Origin: a virus
Taxonomy: Duplodnaviria; Caudoviricetes
Virus record (IMG/VR): IMGVR_UViG_3300020044_002247
Location: 1 to 55,360 of that record
Direction: 5' to 3' (one strand)
Length of the DNA: 55,360 bases
Shown here: piece after piece, positions 54,384-55,360 of the stretch
How the letters are laid out: every line of letters starts with the position of its first letter
Position numbering within the stretch: position 1 is the first letter of the stretch
Translations under genes and position numbers: made by a program
The notes under the pieces: model-generated
The model's database searches: none
What the model was told of the DNA's origin: nothing
Seen by the model: only the letters and a program-made list of their open reading frames with translations

Positions 54384-55360
54384 ATGAAATATACAGATTG
54401 GCGAGAGCAAGAAGATGTATCCATCACTATTGACCACTTGAAGTACGTACTGGTGCACAGTCGTGCGTGGCATAGACGTGAGCAAAGCAACCACAAGATG
54501 CACCCCGCTGTAGTTACAGCACTCAAGCAGTATCGTCCAGATCGTTTGCATCTGCTTGTACTCGAGTGGGCACATCGTGCACACAGCGACCCGTCACGTA
54601 TTGCTTACACGCAGTCGGACGAGAAGGGCATCAAGGATATTCAAACCGTGACATCAGTCGGTAAGTATCTCAAGCGTCACTTCACCCATATGCCTGACCA
54701 TGTCATTCGTGACATTGCTGCGCTGTATTCAGGTCACAGCTATGCGATTGTCCGCACCATGCCAGAGATGCTGCAAGTACTGCGTGATGCGCCACAGTCA
54801 TGTATGAATAACTGTAACTGGAAAGATCGTGATTGGGCGCATCATCCGTACAACGTGTATGACCCTGCGTTTGGTTGGGGTCTTGCATACAGCAAGATGG
54901 GCAACAAGGTCACTGGTCGCTGTCTTATCAATGACAATGACAAAATCTTTGTGCGTTCGTACAACGATGGCGAGTCGTTCTCACACAGCAACGAGGGTAT
55001 CGAAATGTGGCTACGTGAGAATGGCTACCACAAGGCTAGTGATTGGCTAGGTTGCAAGCTCAAGCGCATCGAGCACAGAGGTATGTTCGTTGCCCCGTAT
55101 CTTGACGGTGACTACAAGTACGTGACTCACTACGGTGATGACTTCATTGTGTGTGAGGAAGATGAAGCTGACTACGAATGCGAGTCGCAAGGCGGCTTTG
55201 CACAACCATACAACCAGTGCACGTGCGACAGCTGTGACACAGGTATGGGCGAGGACGATGGTACGTGTGTCGGGTATCACGGTGACGCTCGTATCTGCGA
55301 TAGCTGCCTTGAGGATTACATCTACGTCATCGGTCGTGGTGGCAACGAGTACTACGTACA
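54384..55360 (+). CDS. Large early protein with SCM motif and CxxC repeats, 3'-truncated (absent from the ORF track)
   Basis: Open frame MKYTDWRE...GKYLKRHF...SCM...GRCL...FVRSY...APYLDG...CDSC..CDSC to the window end; GGAG RBS. Confidence 0.75.
   Translation, partial: MKYTDWREQEDVSITIDHLKYVLVHSRAWHRREQSNHKMHPAVVTALKQYRPDRLHLLVLEWAHRAHSDPSRIAYTQSDEKGIKDIQTVTSVGKYLKRHFTHMPDHVIRDIAALYSGHSYAIVRTMPEMLQVLRDAPQSCMNNCNWKDRDWAHHPYNVYDPAFGWGLAYSKMGNKVTGRCLINDNDKIFVRSYNDGESFSHSNEGIEMWLRENGYHKASDWLGCKLKRIEHRGMFVAPYLDGDYKYVTHYGDDFIVCEEDEADYECESQGGFAQPYNQCTCDSCDTGMGEDDGTCVGYHGDARICDSCLEDYIYVIGRGGNEYYV

Noticed and set aside
1-55360. Stop-codon reassignment, tRNAs, introns or inteins
   Set aside because: Genes tile densely under code 11 using TAA, TAG and TGA stops. 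No cloverleaf was seen in the short gaps, and TerL and the primase look uninterrupted.

Overview
The window is most of a tailed dsDNA phage genome with podovirus-type morphogenesis. It has a P22-like portal and tail hub and several ejection proteins; no RNA polymerase, integrase, tRNA or CRISPR array was seen. Gene content resembles uncultured aquatic proteobacterial phages (inference from recall, not a database result). Layout: (1) 1-5410 (+) replication module: helicase C-terminus, SSB-like protein, HTH, primase-helicase. (2) 51698 to 5373 (-) one long late region: terminases, portal, GroES-like protein, scaffold, capsid, small basic proteins, adaptors, fibres with LamG domains, lysis genes, 2OG-Fe(II) oxygenase, tail hub, ejection proteins including an SLT transglycosylase and a 2944-aa polyvalent protein. 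(3) 51700-52880 control region. (4) 52881-55360 (+) early genes. The most notable signal is a candidate ~90-nt sRNA at about 51745-51835 (+), with its own promoter-like sequence, GNRA hairpin and terminator. Its seed is 15/15 complementary to the RBS and start codon of the gene at 491 and nearly complementary to those of four early genes. Other highlights: a DDxxD prenyltransferase-like gene coupled to an ejection protein; a [FYM]-[AKS]-x-G-G motif shared by many virion proteins; a double-pseudoknot 5' leader after the capsid gene; two families of operator palindromes; and an 83-bp-arm inverted repeat that is a candidate origin. All functional calls come from motif recognition by eye.
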